Below are positions 47,405-56,883 of a stretch of 64,000 nucleotides of DNA, one piece after another. The stretch covers positions 241,834 through 305,833 of the IMG/VR virus record IMGVR_UViG_3300009093_000034; one strand, given 5' to 3'. Every line of letters begins with the position of its first letter. Position 1 is the first letter of the stretch. The notes under the pieces are model-generated. The model searched no databases and had not been told where the DNA came from. It saw only the letters and a program-made list of their open reading frames with translations. Both the position numbers and the translations under genes were made by a program.

Positions 47405-48625
47405 TTAATTAATCAATGGTTGAACGTTGAAGATAGGAAACATTTGTTTGACTCCATCGTCATCTAGATCAAAAGTATAGTCTTCAGAGAAGATTTCTTT
47501 CATTGGCCTCAAGTAATCTCCAAATTTGTCAAACACTGATGTGTCTGGACGATCTGAGAACAAGTTGTAATTTCCCCATCCTTTCTTGTTTAGATTTTCT
47601 AAGTACATAGATCTTTGAGATTCATCAAAAGATGAGCCAAATTCAAATTTTGTAGATAAATATCTGTTAATTCTAGTATTGGAGTCAGACACTAAAGTTC
47701 TGACTCCCTTAAAATGAAGAAGTGGATAATGAAGAGTGAGTTCATTGATTGAACTAAACTTAAAAAACAATTCATGGGCAGCTAAGGTATAATTTGAGTT
47801 CTCTTGTTTTCCATACACAAGACAAAACTTTGGGATCAAACTACTGTCTATACTATAGCCTATAAGCTCTGATCGTAGATACGTGTAAAAAGTGTAAGGA
47901 TTTCCATTTTCTCGTATAAAGAAGGACTCTATGGGAGTCTTTGTTTTTGTTACGTCATCGAACAAAGATATCCACATTCCTTCTTCAACCTTCTCTGAAC
48001 TTAAGTTGTAAGGTTTACTTTCAATGTAGTACTCATATTCTTTTTCTTTCATTAACTCCCAAACATCCCACATGTTTGATTGAAGTTGATAGATCTCTTT
48101 AGACTTTAATAATCCACAAAACTCTTTGAAGGTTTTATGACTCTTAGGAAGAGGAATGAACTCATCTAAATCTACAAATAGATTCCAACATCCTTTACCT
48201 ATTTTATTCCAAAGAGAACGAAAGATTCCTAATTGAAAGAAGTTAAAAGGCATTCCTAACTCAACAGGGTTTTCGATAAAAAAACAATCGAAATGAAGAC
48301 TAAACAATTGTTTAGCTACATCTGCATCTGGAAAATTATTGTCAAGAAGGACTACAGCTCTAGTCTTTGATGGAAGTCTAAGATGATAATATTCAATGAA
48401 CCTTGGAAGATCGAGTACTGAACCACAAACCACCCAAAGAATAAACTCAGTCTTTGGTAGATTAAAGAAAGGATCGTTTTTATTGATCAATCCTTGAGTT
48501 CTTGAGTTCTTAGGAAACTTTGAGAATTTATCAGTAGATAAAGGTTGAAGAACCTCTAGAGGTTTAGAGTGATGAACTTCTAATCTTTTTTGAATCAGGT
48601 TTTGGTTTAAATTTTTGGTAAACAT
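47405..48625 (-). CDS. GT-A fold glycosyltransferase (Glyco_tranf_2_4/GT92-like), AT-rich
   Basis: LPRFIEYYH...VLLDNN and WNLFVDLDEF (DxD motif). Confidence 0.7.
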   Translation of the reverse strand: MFTKNLNQNLIQKRLEVHHSKPLEVLQPLSTDKFSKFPKNSRTQGLINKNDPFFNLPKTEFILWVVCGSVLDLPRFIEYYHLRLPSKTRAVVLLDNNFPDADVAKQLFSLHFDCFFIENPVELGMPFNFFQLGIFRSLWNKIGKGCWNLFVDLDEFIPLPKSHKTFKEFCGLLKSKEIYQLQSNMWDVWELMKEKEYEYYIESKPYNLSSEKVEEGMWISLFDDVTKTKTPIESFFIRENGNPYTFYTYLRSELIGYSIDSSLIPKFCLVYGKQENSNYTLAAHELFFKFSSINELTLHYPLLHFKGVRTLVSDSNTRINRYLSTKFEFGSSFDESQRSMYLENLNKKGWGNYNLFSDRPDTSVFDKFGDYLRPMKEIFSEDYTFDLDDDGVKQMFPIFNVQPLIN

Positions 48626-48932
48626 ATCTTATGTTGTCTTTTAATTTATCATAGTCTGGAAATACGAGTTTGTTGTCTCTTACTGCACCGATTGGATCGT
48701 TTAATCCATCCAATCCTATAATATAGGAAGTATAAAAGATCTCAAGGTTAGGATAGTTCTTATGAAGAGAGAATAAAGGTGTCAGAAATCGTTTAGGAGA
48801 GTCCCAAAATGAGAAAACATACACACATAAATGTATGTCTGGATCATACTTTTTGACCTCTCTCTTAACCCTAGAACAAATGTCTTTCTCTCCATAAGGA
48901 AAGAAAAAGAAACCTAAGTTGATGGTTGGCAT
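48564..48932 (-). CDS. AT-rich hypothetical protein, partner of the glycosyltransferase
   Basis: ACTAAGT motif 4 nt before ATG; 62-nt overlap with the GT gene. Confidence 0.55.
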   Translation of the reverse strand: MPTINLGFFFFPYGEKDICSRVKREVKKYDPDIHLCVYVFSFWDSPKRFLTPLFSLHKNYPNLEIFYTSYIIGLDGLNDPIGAVRDNKLVFPDYDKLKDNIRYVYQKFKPKPDSKKIRSSSL

Positions 48933-48951
48933 GTTAACTTAGTACAAATGA

Positions 48952-48977
48952 AAATGGGTCCCTTTCGGGACCCATTT
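48952..48977. terminator. Terminator after sheath gene
   Basis: AAATGGGTCCC TTTC GGGACCCATTT (GAAA loop on the minus strand). Confidence 0.85.
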
Positions 48978-48991
48978 CTTAATTAGAGCTA

Positions 48992-51457
48992 TTAGACCGA
49001 GCTTGTTTGAGCTACGTTTCTGAAGATCAAGGTGACCGTTTCAGAGTAGACGTAAACCTTAACGTCAACTTGGAGTCTGAAGTCTCTTGCTGCCATAACA
49101 GCAGGAGTGTTGACTGCTCCAACGATTGCTGTAGCAGACTGCCAAGCAGGGCTTGATCCGCTAGTCCATTGGTTAAGGATAGCGTTGGTCTGTTGCTGTC
49201 TAACTCCCTGGTAGTAAGGGTTGTTAGGCTTACCAATCTGAGGGAACATGACGTTGTCTCTGATCTGGCGACGTGCCTTGTCGAAGGCCATGGTGTGGCC
49301 GAAGTAAGACCAGTCAGTCAACTGAGTTGGGTCTTGTGTGGTCTTTTGACCAGCAAGCATAACTCCGTTGGTTGGGTCCAAGATGAGAGGGATAAGTCCG
49401 ATCTGATCAAGAGTTTGCTCAATCTGTTGTCCAAGACTGTCCGTGATGGAAAGATCGTACTCTTGGTCGATGACCACTGCGGCCAGCTGTCCACCATAAC
49501 CACCAGAGATGTTCTGGTACATAGGAGCCCAAGCTCCAAGCTTGTCCTGGATGATCTTGGAGTACTGAACACCAGCGAAACCAACAAGGGTTGCGAAGTA
49601 AGTCTTTCCAGTGTTAACGTCCTGACGAAGCATTCTGTTAACGATCTGTCCAGTACCAGTCAATCTTGCAGAAACAACTATCGTTTGGTCGTTAGCATAC
49701 TCAGAAGGCTGAAGAATTCTGGCAGAGAGGAAGGAGCAAAGTGGTCTGTTTCCAGCTCTCAAGTTGAACAAGAGAGGCTTAAGATCTTCGATTCCTGTGA
49801 CTTCCATTGCAACAGAAACCTTATCATAGTTGGACTTAGCGAACTCGTTCCAACCAAGAGTAAGGATTGGGGTGAAGTTGTCATCCAAGGTTCCACCGAG
49901 ATCTCCTTCAGAAATCAAAGTATCAACAACGTTCTGAGTGTATCTCTTTCCAACGATGTTGTAGATAACTGGAGAAGGACTGGTAAGAGGATCAACGAGC
50001 TTGAGACCAGTGTAGAAGCCATCGGCTCCAACATCGGCATCGAATGGTCTAAGAACGAAGACCTGAACTAGGCTGGTTGCATCATCAGGAAGGATGTTAG
50101 GGAAGAAGATGTTTCCTCCAGAAGCATTCTGTCCCTTAGGTAGAAGAGAACCGGTGAAAGATCCGCCATTAAGAACGGTTCCAGTGATAGGAGTGGTCTC
50201 CTGAACACTGAAGGTGATCTGGTTGTAGTTAGGGTTGGCCTTAAGAGTCGTGGTTTGAGCAACAACTCCTGTGATGTCAACGTAGTAAACTGTTCCAATG
50301 ATTGGAGGATCTGCTGCGGAGATTCCAGTGTCGATACCACCAACAGTAGAACCAGCACCAGAGATCTTAATGTACTTCGTTCTATAATTGGCCGTAACAT
50401 CTGTGATCACGGAACCAACAAGGGTGTAAACTCCTTGTGCCCAGTAAGATGGGTTGTTGTTAGCGTTAAGAGCAACGAAGTGAGTACCGCCGATCAAGAG
50501 AGTCGTAAGAGCGGCTCCAACTGGAAGGTTCTTGTAAGCAGGCATCTGGGTGTCGATGGTCCACTTGTCATAACCAAGAGCAGATAGGGTGATCTGAGTT
50601 GGGATCTCGGTAGGAGACTTCTGAGTAACTACCATGTAGGTACTTGGCTTGATGTCGACGATCCACTTGAGTCTCTCAAGAAGTGCAGTAGTTAAAGCTG
50701 CCTTGTAAGAAACCTCATCAAGGGTGTCATCTGTGGTGTAATTAGCCGTAGGAACCAAGGCATTGAAGTCAAGATACAACCAAGTTCCAGAACCTGCGGT
50801 TCCGGTGATGGTAAGAGTTGTTCCAGAAAGAGCACCAACCTGCTGAGGAGTGGCGATCGCTGTAGGAGCTCCCATGAGTTGACCATTAGAAAGAGTCAAC
50901 TTGTAAGTTGTTCCAGAGTGTGAACCAGTCCAATAGGTAAGGTCAACCCCGGTGATCAACTCAGCAAGATCTGCTCCGATTCCAGAGATAACGATTGCGT
51001 TAGCTGTGATGCCAACGTCGACACCTGCAAGCTGCTCGGTTAGAGCTGTGTTGGCTGCGACGTTAAGTCCGGCTTTCTCACCGGTGATTGGTGAGTTAAC
51101 AAGGAAAGTAACAGCCTTTTCTGTGTTGAAAGACTCGTTTCTAAATTGGAAGACACCACGGTTAGTGATGTAAGATCCACCAAAGTAAGAAGGATAGTTC
51201 GTTGAACTTCCTGGAGGGGCGGAGACCCAGCAACCGAATTGGCCGTTGTAGTCAATCAACTCCTGAATATCTGGCCAGTCAGGGCTAGATTCGCCAACCA
51301 TGGCTTGGATGACATTGGGAGAAGCCTTAGGGATGTACAACGCTGAGGTGTTTCCCTTTGGAGCTCTGATGGACATGAATCCTACTTCCTTAGAATCTGG
51401 GACGGAAGTGTTGAAAGATTCATCGCTAGTGATGAAATTTAAACGCCATGAAGTCAC
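48992..51457 (-). CDS. Contractile tail sheath protein
   Basis: About 820 aa; sheath-like C-terminus GQKT...FDKARRQIRDNV...QIGKPNN...RLQVDVKVYVYSETVTLIF; GTG start with GGAGG; own terminator. Confidence 0.8.
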   Translation of the reverse strand: MTSWRLNFITSDESFNTSVPDSKEVGFMSIRAPKGNTSALYIPKASPNVIQAMVGESSPDWPDIQELIDYNGQFGCWVSAPPGSSTNYPSYFGGSYITNRGVFQFRNESFNTEKAVTFLVNSPITGEKAGLNVAANTALTEQLAGVDVGITANAIVISGIGADLAELITGVDLTYWTGSHSGTTYKLTLSNGQLMGAPTAIATPQQVGALSGTTLTITGTAGSGTWLYLDFNALVPTANYTTDDTLDEVSYKAALTTALLERLKWIVDIKPSTYMVVTQKSPTEIPTQITLSALGYDKWTIDTQMPAYKNLPVGAALTTLLIGGTHFVALNANNNPSYWAQGVYTLVGSVITDVTANYRTKYIKISGAGSTVGGIDTGISAADPPIIGTVYYVDITGVVAQTTTLKANPNYNQITFSVQETTPITGTVLNGGSFTGSLLPKGQNASGGNIFFPNILPDDATSLVQVFVLRPFDADVGADGFYTGLKLVDPLTSPSPVIYNIVGKRYTQNVVDTLISEGDLGGTLDDNFTPILTLGWNEFAKSNYDKVSVAMEVTGIEDLKPLLFNLRAGNRPLCSFLSARILQPSEYANDQTIVVSARLTGTGQIVNRMLRQDVNTGKTYFATLVGFAGVQYSKIIQDKLGAWAPMYQNISGGYGGQLAAVVIDQEYDLSITDSLGQQIEQTLDQIGLIPLILDPTNGVMLAGQKTTQDPTQLTDWSYFGHTMAFDKARRQIRDNVMFPQIGKPNNPYYQGVRQQQTNAILNQWTSGSSPAWQSATAIVGAVNTPAVMAARDFRLQVDVKVYVYSETVTLIFRNVAQTSSV

Positions 51458-51520
51458 TGTTATTTCCTCCAAAGGCTACATATGAAGAGCCTGTGATGGA
51501 TAATTAGTAGTGAGAAAATA

Positions 51521-52819
51521 CTAACGTTCTACGGGTTTAGATCCCCAAGTTGTGCCTTTTAGAGGTCCAAGTCTTCGACGCTGAGGAAGATCTGGAGTCT
51601 CGTGTTGACCTGGTACGGCTAGAGTTGTCACAGTAAGGTGGAAGTCAGTGATTCTTCCACCGATGGAGTAGAACAACATGACAACACTGTATTGAGAGTT
51701 AGGATAAAGTCCAGTGATCCAGACCTCTTTGATTGAAGGATCATCAATGATGATAGGATCTCGGCCTTGAATCAAGATCTTGACTTGTGCTAAGTTAGGC
51801 AAACTCTCTTGAGAGACCTCCCACTTAAGCAAGAAACCGCTCTCTGTGATGGTGTCTGACGGAACCACAGCCAAATCAAGCATGATGTCGGTAGAGGCTT
51901 CAAAATAACCTTGAATGACGTCTTGGAGCTCTGTTGTTCCAGTTGAGTCTAGAACAGGTTGAGATGGTATGATGTCACCATTGATCTCTTCTGGGTTTCC
52001 AGAAAGATCCGTAGGTCCATCTGCTCCACCAGTTGTAGAAGCATCTGTCCAAGCCTTTGACTCAGCAAAGGCCAAGAGAACTCTTTCGGTGATATAGACT
52101 GCATTATCTGCATCAGACTTTGCTCCTGTGTTCCAAACAGATGTTTCTGGGATCTGGTTGGTAAGAAGATCTACTTGATACGGATAATATAGAATGTAGG
52201 TTCTTAGCGTGATCTTGAGGTTGATTGGAAGAATTCGTTGCTTCTTAAGCCAATCTCCCTCTTTGTACTCTGGATTGTACTGAAAGCTCTCGATGGTGAA
52301 GAACGTAGGAATTGAGATGTCCGTGTTCTTCCAAGTAACCGAGCTAGTAAACTGAATTGGACCCTTTGGGTTGTATTCCCAAAGAAGTTTCTCAAAACCA
52401 ATACGAGCATCTTGGTCACTGTCATAGAAGATGGTGATGTCAAAGGTTGTCTTGACAGCCATGGCTTTCATGGCAGTTGGAAGACCTGCTTGCCAAAGAC
52501 CTCTTACCATTTGAGAGGTGTTTTGAACGTTAGGCCTGTCATCTAGCTCCCAAAACTTTCCATTCTCGTACCAATATGTGATGAAAGGAAAACCTAGAGC
52601 AGATGCTTGAATGGTCTTGAAGTTAACACCGTTGTTGGTGTCGTTTTGTTGCATCCTTCTTCTGAAGGACATGTCTGGTGAAGTCCAGACAACTCTAGTC
52701 AGGTCTCCTCTTAAGAACGCCTGACTAAGAAAGAACTCTAGTGGGATTAGAGCTGCATTGAATGAGTCACTATAGTATTTTCGAGAAAAGAAGAACTTCT
52801 GTGCGAACTCTTGAGCCAT
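51521..52819 (-). CDS. Tail completion / neck protein (gp15-like) with C-terminal FN3-like domain
   Basis: Position before sheath; C-terminal GFLLKWE...ITGLYPNSQYSV is FN3-like. Confidence 0.5.
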   Translation of the reverse strand: MAQEFAQKFFFSRKYYSDSFNAALIPLEFFLSQAFLRGDLTRVVWTSPDMSFRRRMQQNDTNNGVNFKTIQASALGFPFITYWYENGKFWELDDRPNVQNTSQMVRGLWQAGLPTAMKAMAVKTTFDITIFYDSDQDARIGFEKLLWEYNPKGPIQFTSSVTWKNTDISIPTFFTIESFQYNPEYKEGDWLKKQRILPINLKITLRTYILYYPYQVDLLTNQIPETSVWNTGAKSDADNAVYITERVLLAFAESKAWTDASTTGGADGPTDLSGNPEEINGDIIPSQPVLDSTGTTELQDVIQGYFEASTDIMLDLAVVPSDTITESGFLLKWEVSQESLPNLAQVKILIQGRDPIIIDDPSIKEVWITGLYPNSQYSVVMLFYSIGGRITDFHLTVTTLAVPGQHETPDLPQRRRLGPLKGTTWGSKPVER

Positions 52820-52825
52820 TATAGA

Positions 52826-53869
52826 TCAATTAGTCTGAACCACAGGCGTGGGAGGAACAATAAGTTCTCTCACGATCTTCAAAGTTTGTCTTGAGATAGG
52901 AGTTTCTCGGGTCTTCAAATACTCTGTGAAAACATCAGCGATGTTCTCGGCATAGAAATCATCAGACGATAAAGCAAGTTGAGAGTTTCTGACTTTCTTG
53001 ACCATAGAAACAGACCTGATGAAAACCCCAGGATAAGCTTGTTCAGCAATGGACTTGGTCTCAACTCCCAACACAGTCCAAACTGAAACTTTTGCATCTG
53101 TTTCAGGAAGAGGTTTTGGATATTCTACAAAGTAGTAACCGCAAAAGACTGGAAGCTCCAACTCTTCTTTAGAGACTCCAACATCCGTTTTCTTGATCTT
53201 CCAAATTGCTCTAGGAAGAAGAGTCTCGTGTTCGGAGATCTTGCAAGCATAGGCAGATCCGGTGTAGTGATCATTCCATCTTGAGTGGATGTCACCTAAA
53301 CAAACTAGGTTTGTCTTGATTGGGTTCAAGTTGATCTGATGAGCGTAGATCTTATCTGAGGAGTTGTCTGCAAAGTGGCCAAGGACAACGTCATACTCTT
53401 GGTCTAAGATGTTCTGAGGTAAGTTGGAGTAGTAAAGATTCATTGGAGGAAGATCTACTCTGTAGTTATAGTGAGGAAGAGACAAAAACTTCAGGCCAGA
53501 GATGTGAAGAATCTCTGCAGGCTCACGAAGAATGGTGATCCTATCTCCAGACAAGAAGCTAAATGAAAGATGTGGCTTTCCTTTGAAAAGCTTCAGGTCA
53601 TGGTTTCCTACCATGAGAAAACTATGGGTGAACTTGTCCAGAAGAATCTTTCTGAACCTTTCTAATTGATCAAGAACTCCACCTACGTTTGAGGCATCGT
53701 CCATCAAGTCACCAAGACAGATGAAGATTGAATCTGGTTCAACTTCAAACTCAAACTCAAACCAATCTAGGAAAGCATCACCTACAGCCGGTCGCCATTC
53801 TTGGTTAGCTGAAAGGTGAAGATCACCTAAGATATAAACAGATCTGTTTTTATCAATTATTGACGACAA
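52826..53869 (-). CDS. SbcD/Mre11-family (T4 gp47-like) metallophosphoesterase nuclease
   Basis: GDLH, GDLMD, VGNHD, LGHF, LGDIH. Confidence 0.85.
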   Translation of the reverse strand: MSSIIDKNRSVYILGDLHLSANQEWRPAVGDAFLDWFEFEFEVEPDSIFICLGDLMDDASNVGGVLDQLERFRKILLDKFTHSFLMVGNHDLKLFKGKPHLSFSFLSGDRITILREPAEILHISGLKFLSLPHYNYRVDLPPMNLYYSNLPQNILDQEYDVVLGHFADNSSDKIYAHQINLNPIKTNLVCLGDIHSRWNDHYTGSAYACKISEHETLLPRAIWKIKKTDVGVSKEELELPVFCGYYFVEYPKPLPETDAKVSVWTVLGVETKSIAEQAYPGVFIRSVSMVKKVRNSQLALSSDDFYAENIADVFTEYLKTRETPISRQTLKIVRELIVPPTPVVQTN

Positions 53870-54278
53870 TTAAGGTTTCCAACTTGTTTGACACATTTTC
53901 TTCGAGCTCTTTCCTGTTCTTCACGTTCATGAGAGCTCGCCATTGTTCAGGACCGCAGATCCTTTCCCACCAAGCCAAGTTTTGTTCCATCGTCATGATC
54001 TTTCCTGTGATTGGATCTTTCATATTGTCGATACACTCATGGGCATATCTATCCAAGAGAACAACATTTGAGATCTCATAGCACATCTCTGGATGTGCAC
54101 CCACAGGAAAGATATGAGCGACGTCTAATCTTTGAAGCTGAGAGGGGGTTGCGTTTTTCTGTAAGATAAGAGCTTCTTTCATAGAAAGAACTCGCATGAT
54201 GCGATCTTTGCCAAGGTCCCTTTTTCGAACCTTGGCTTTTAGCTCTTGCCACTTGAGATCAGAAGAATCTCTTCTCAA
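53853..54278 (-). CDS. HNH-type endonuclease
   Basis: LDVAHIFPVGAHPEMCYEISNVVLLDRYAH. Confidence 0.7.
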   Translation of the reverse strand: MRRDSSDLKWQELKAKVRKRDLGKDRIMRVLSMKEALILQKNATPSQLQRLDVAHIFPVGAHPEMCYEISNVVLLDRYAHECIDNMKDPITGKIMTMEQNLAWWERICGPEQWRALMNVKNRKELEENVSNKLETLIVVNN

Positions 54279-54284
54279 GAATTA

Positions 54285-54860
54285 TCACTCCGTTTGTGGA
54301 TCGTCAGTCTCGTCATGGTTAAGAGTACTCAATAGTTGACTGTTCTTGAAAAAGTACTCTGCGGCTGATTCAAGGGTGAATCTTCCTGCACGATAGTTCT
54401 TTAAGAAATGAATACAACTTTTATTCATCTTATAACGAAGCTGTTCCTCCGAACCTTCCTGTTGAATAAGGAAGATGTCCTTGTAAACCAGGACACGGGT
54501 GATGGTCCAAAGTATCTCTTCCACCTGAGTCTTTGTGGCTGGAATCTGATCTGGTTCTAGACCAGACTCTAGAGCAGCGGCGACTTCTTGTGGTGTTAGA
54601 GCTACCTCAGATTCAATCTGTTGAAGCATTCTAGGATAATGCACCAAGATCTTCATCTTGATGTCATAAATGAAAGTTTTAACTGGAGTCTCAAAATCCC
54701 ATGGGAACTCGTACCTTGTGTTCGAGTTAGAATGGATGATGGTCACTCCCTTATCTGAAGTTATGAACTTCAGAAGAATCGGAGCCTTGTCACAGAAGTT
54801 TGATAACTTCTTGATCAAGATTCCTTTGTACGTTTCTGCGGAGATCTTTTGATGAAGCAT
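54285..54860 (-). CDS. Hypothetical protein
   Basis: ORF track. Confidence 0.65.
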   Translation of the reverse strand: MLHQKISAETYKGILIKKLSNFCDKAPILLKFITSDKGVTIIHSNSNTRYEFPWDFETPVKTFIYDIKMKILVHYPRMLQQIESEVALTPQEVAAALESGLEPDQIPATKTQVEEILWTITRVLVYKDIFLIQQEGSEEQLRYKMNKSCIHFLKNYRAGRFTLESAAEYFFKNSQLLSTLNHDETDDPQTE

Positions 54861-54936
54861 TTATTCGCTTATATCCTTTGAGTAGAACTCATGATGTTTG
54901 ATTAGGTTTTACTACTCACAAAATTAGTGATTAGTC

Positions 54937-55224
54937 TTATTCTCCATCGCCTTCTTCATCAGCGAAGGCCTCATCGACAGTAGCCATAAGGGTGTAGAAG
55001 TCCTCGTCGTTTACATCAATGGTTCCCTTCTTGAGTTCCTTGTAACGACCGTAGGCCTTGTTGATCAACTTGACTTCAACCTCAGCATCAGAGGCAAAGG
55101 ACTTGAGTCTTTCTGCACGAGCCTTGGTCAACTCGCTAGCCTGAGACTTAAGCTCAGAGGCCTTGCTATCTTCTTCATATGCAGCTTCAAACTCTGCAAT
55201 GATCTCATTTTTGGTAACCTTCAT
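54937..55224 (-). CDS. Small dsDNA-binding protein (T4 DsbA / GapR-like)
   Basis: 95-aa helical protein with an acidic tail; pattern resembles T4 DsbA; strong SD AAGGAG; next to primase. Confidence 0.45.
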   Translation of the reverse strand: MKVTKNEIIAEFEAAYEEDSKASELKSQASELTKARAERLKSFASDAEVEVKLINKAYGRYKELKKGTIDVNDEDFYTLMATVDEAFADEEGDGE

Positions 55225-55225
55225 G

Positions 55226-56326
55226 TTACTCTCCTTCTAATTCATTTTCTCCGAAGTTAAATGCTTCGGAGTATCTTTGATGCAAACTTGATCTAATTGT
55301 GTCTAACCATTTTCGTTTTCTAAAGGACTCAACGGTCTTATTTAACTTTTTGGTTATGTCGCCAACATCCTTAATATACATGGTTTTAACTACGTGGGTT
55401 TTAGGATCAATACCTTGATATTGAATCTTTGGGATCTCAAGAATTGAGAAAGAAAATCCTAATTCTTCTTTTAGTTTTTTGACTACTTTCATCCCAGCGA
55501 TGTCTCTATCTGGAATTAGAATGATTTGAGAAAATCTTTTTAGCAGATGAATCTGCCTACGAGAAATTGATGCGCCAAAGATGGCTGTGCTGTTCTTGAA
55601 AAAAGGATCTGTTCTAAGGATCGCTAGGTCCATTAATCCTTCAACAACATAAAGGGGTTTTGTTGGATCTAAGTTCTCAAGATCATAAAGAGAAGAAACT
55701 GTTGTGCCAACAGGATATAGAACCTTTTTATCTTGATCACCAACTACGTCTCGACCTTCAATCGAGATTAGTTTATCGCCTTCGTAGATGGGTATGACCA
55801 ATCTGTTAGTAAAATGAGTGTAGTAATCTAGTTCTTTAGAACCCTTGATCTTGATATTAGATGCCCAACCCATTTGCATGGCATGTGCCACTTCAAACGG
55901 GATGCCTCTAGATCGTAGGTACTTAACAGCTAAGGGACTACTTGAAAATGGTTCAATCGAGCCTTCTTTCATCTCAATTTGAACATCTTTATCCAGGATA
56001 TCTAAGTTTTCTTGTTCGTAATTAGAATGATACTCCATCGCTTGTTGATGGAACTCATCGTTCGAAAGGCCGAGATCTTGGTAAAGAGATCTCTCTGTGA
56101 GATCCCAATACATACCTGCAATTGTTCCAGATTTACTGCAACCAAAACAGTGATAAATGCCGAGATCTACGTTGACTGCACAAGAAGCAGTCTTCTCATC
56201 ATGAAATGGGCATCGAATAAAGATGCGATGGTGCCAAGAACGTTCTGGCGTGGCACAATGTAAGTGTAATCTATGAACGGCTTCAGATACCAAAACTTTT
56301 GGATCTATCGTGTGTTGGAGAGGCAT
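55226..56326 (-). CDS. dnaG: DNA primase (CHC2 Zn finger + TOPRIM)
   Basis: RCPFHDEKTASC...YHCFGC; YLRSRGI; IEGRD; YVVEGLMD; IPDRD. Confidence 0.9.
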   Translation of the reverse strand: MPLQHTIDPKVLVSEAVHRLHLHCATPERSWHHRIFIRCPFHDEKTASCAVNVDLGIYHCFGCSKSGTIAGMYWDLTERSLYQDLGLSNDEFHQQAMEYHSNYEQENLDILDKDVQIEMKEGSIEPFSSSPLAVKYLRSRGIPFEVAHAMQMGWASNIKIKGSKELDYYTHFTNRLVIPIYEGDKLISIEGRDVVGDQDKKVLYPVGTTVSSLYDLENLDPTKPLYVVEGLMDLAILRTDPFFKNSTAIFGASISRRQIHLLKRFSQIILIPDRDIAGMKVVKKLKEELGFSFSILEIPKIQYQGIDPKTHVVKTMYIKDVGDITKKLNKTVESFRKRKWLDTIRSSLHQRYSEAFNFGENELEGE

Positions 56327-56369
56327 ATTTAACCCTTGATGTGTGTAATATAAGTTACATTACTATGAA

Positions 56370-56399
56370 ATTCTAACACCAATGTGTAACTTGTGTCAC
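56370..56399 (-). promoter_or_regulatory. Sigma70-like promoter of primase
   Basis: Minus strand GTGACA-N18-TAGAAT with an extended -10 TGn. Confidence 0.5.
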
Positions 56400-56400
56400 A

Positions 56401-56883
56401 TTATCTTCTAGCGAATGGAAGTGAAGGGCTCGTATTAGTCGATGGTGATTTAACGCTTATGTCTAGAGGGTTGGGAATAGCTTCTAGAGCAGGAATGGTC
56501 GGAACTACTCCAGCCAAGTTCTCTGCAGGGTTAATAGATTCTTTATCTTTTTGTGCTCTAGCCTTAGCTTGAATGTTAAGTTCCTTCTGTCTATTGATGA
56601 TCTGTTCGGACATGGGTCCTAATCGTTCCAATCGAAGCCTTTCTCTATCAAGAAGCCAGAACACACCGTAGCTATTCAAAGCTTCTGAGATTCTAGAGCC
56701 ATATTGAGGTCCGATTGTTTCATTGGTCAACTTCAAGAATTCTTCAAATGAAAGTAGTCTGTAATCTTCGTCCCCGTCTGGTTGAACCTTAACCATCTCT
56801 CTGGTAGGATCACAGGAGAAAGTCAAAAAGTAATAGCTTAGGAGAGATGGGTTCGATAACTGAACCATGGGAGTCTTAGTCAT
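56401..56883 (-). CDS. Hypothetical protein
   Basis: ACTAACT 4 nt before ATG. Confidence 0.65.
   Translation of the reverse strand: MTKTPMVQLSNPSLLSYYFLTFSCDPTREMVKVQPDGDEDYRLLSFEEFLKLTNETIGPQYGSRISEALNSYGVFWLLDRERLRLERLGPMSEQIINRQKELNIQAKARAQKDKESINPAENLAGVVPTIPALEAIPNPLDISVKSPSTNTSPSLPFARR

Noticed and set aside
48564-48625. Programmed frameshift joining the 122-aa ORF to the glycosyltransferase (A AAA AAG and T TTA AAC are present)
   Set aside because: The GT frame is +1 relative to the upstream ORF. A -1 slip at A AAA AAG meets TAG at once, and TTTAAAC is in the wrong phase. The GT has its own ATG.
54869-54892. 7-codon upstream ORF (MSSTQRI) as a regulatory peptide
   Set aside because: Too short to support; it may be chance within an AT-rich leader.
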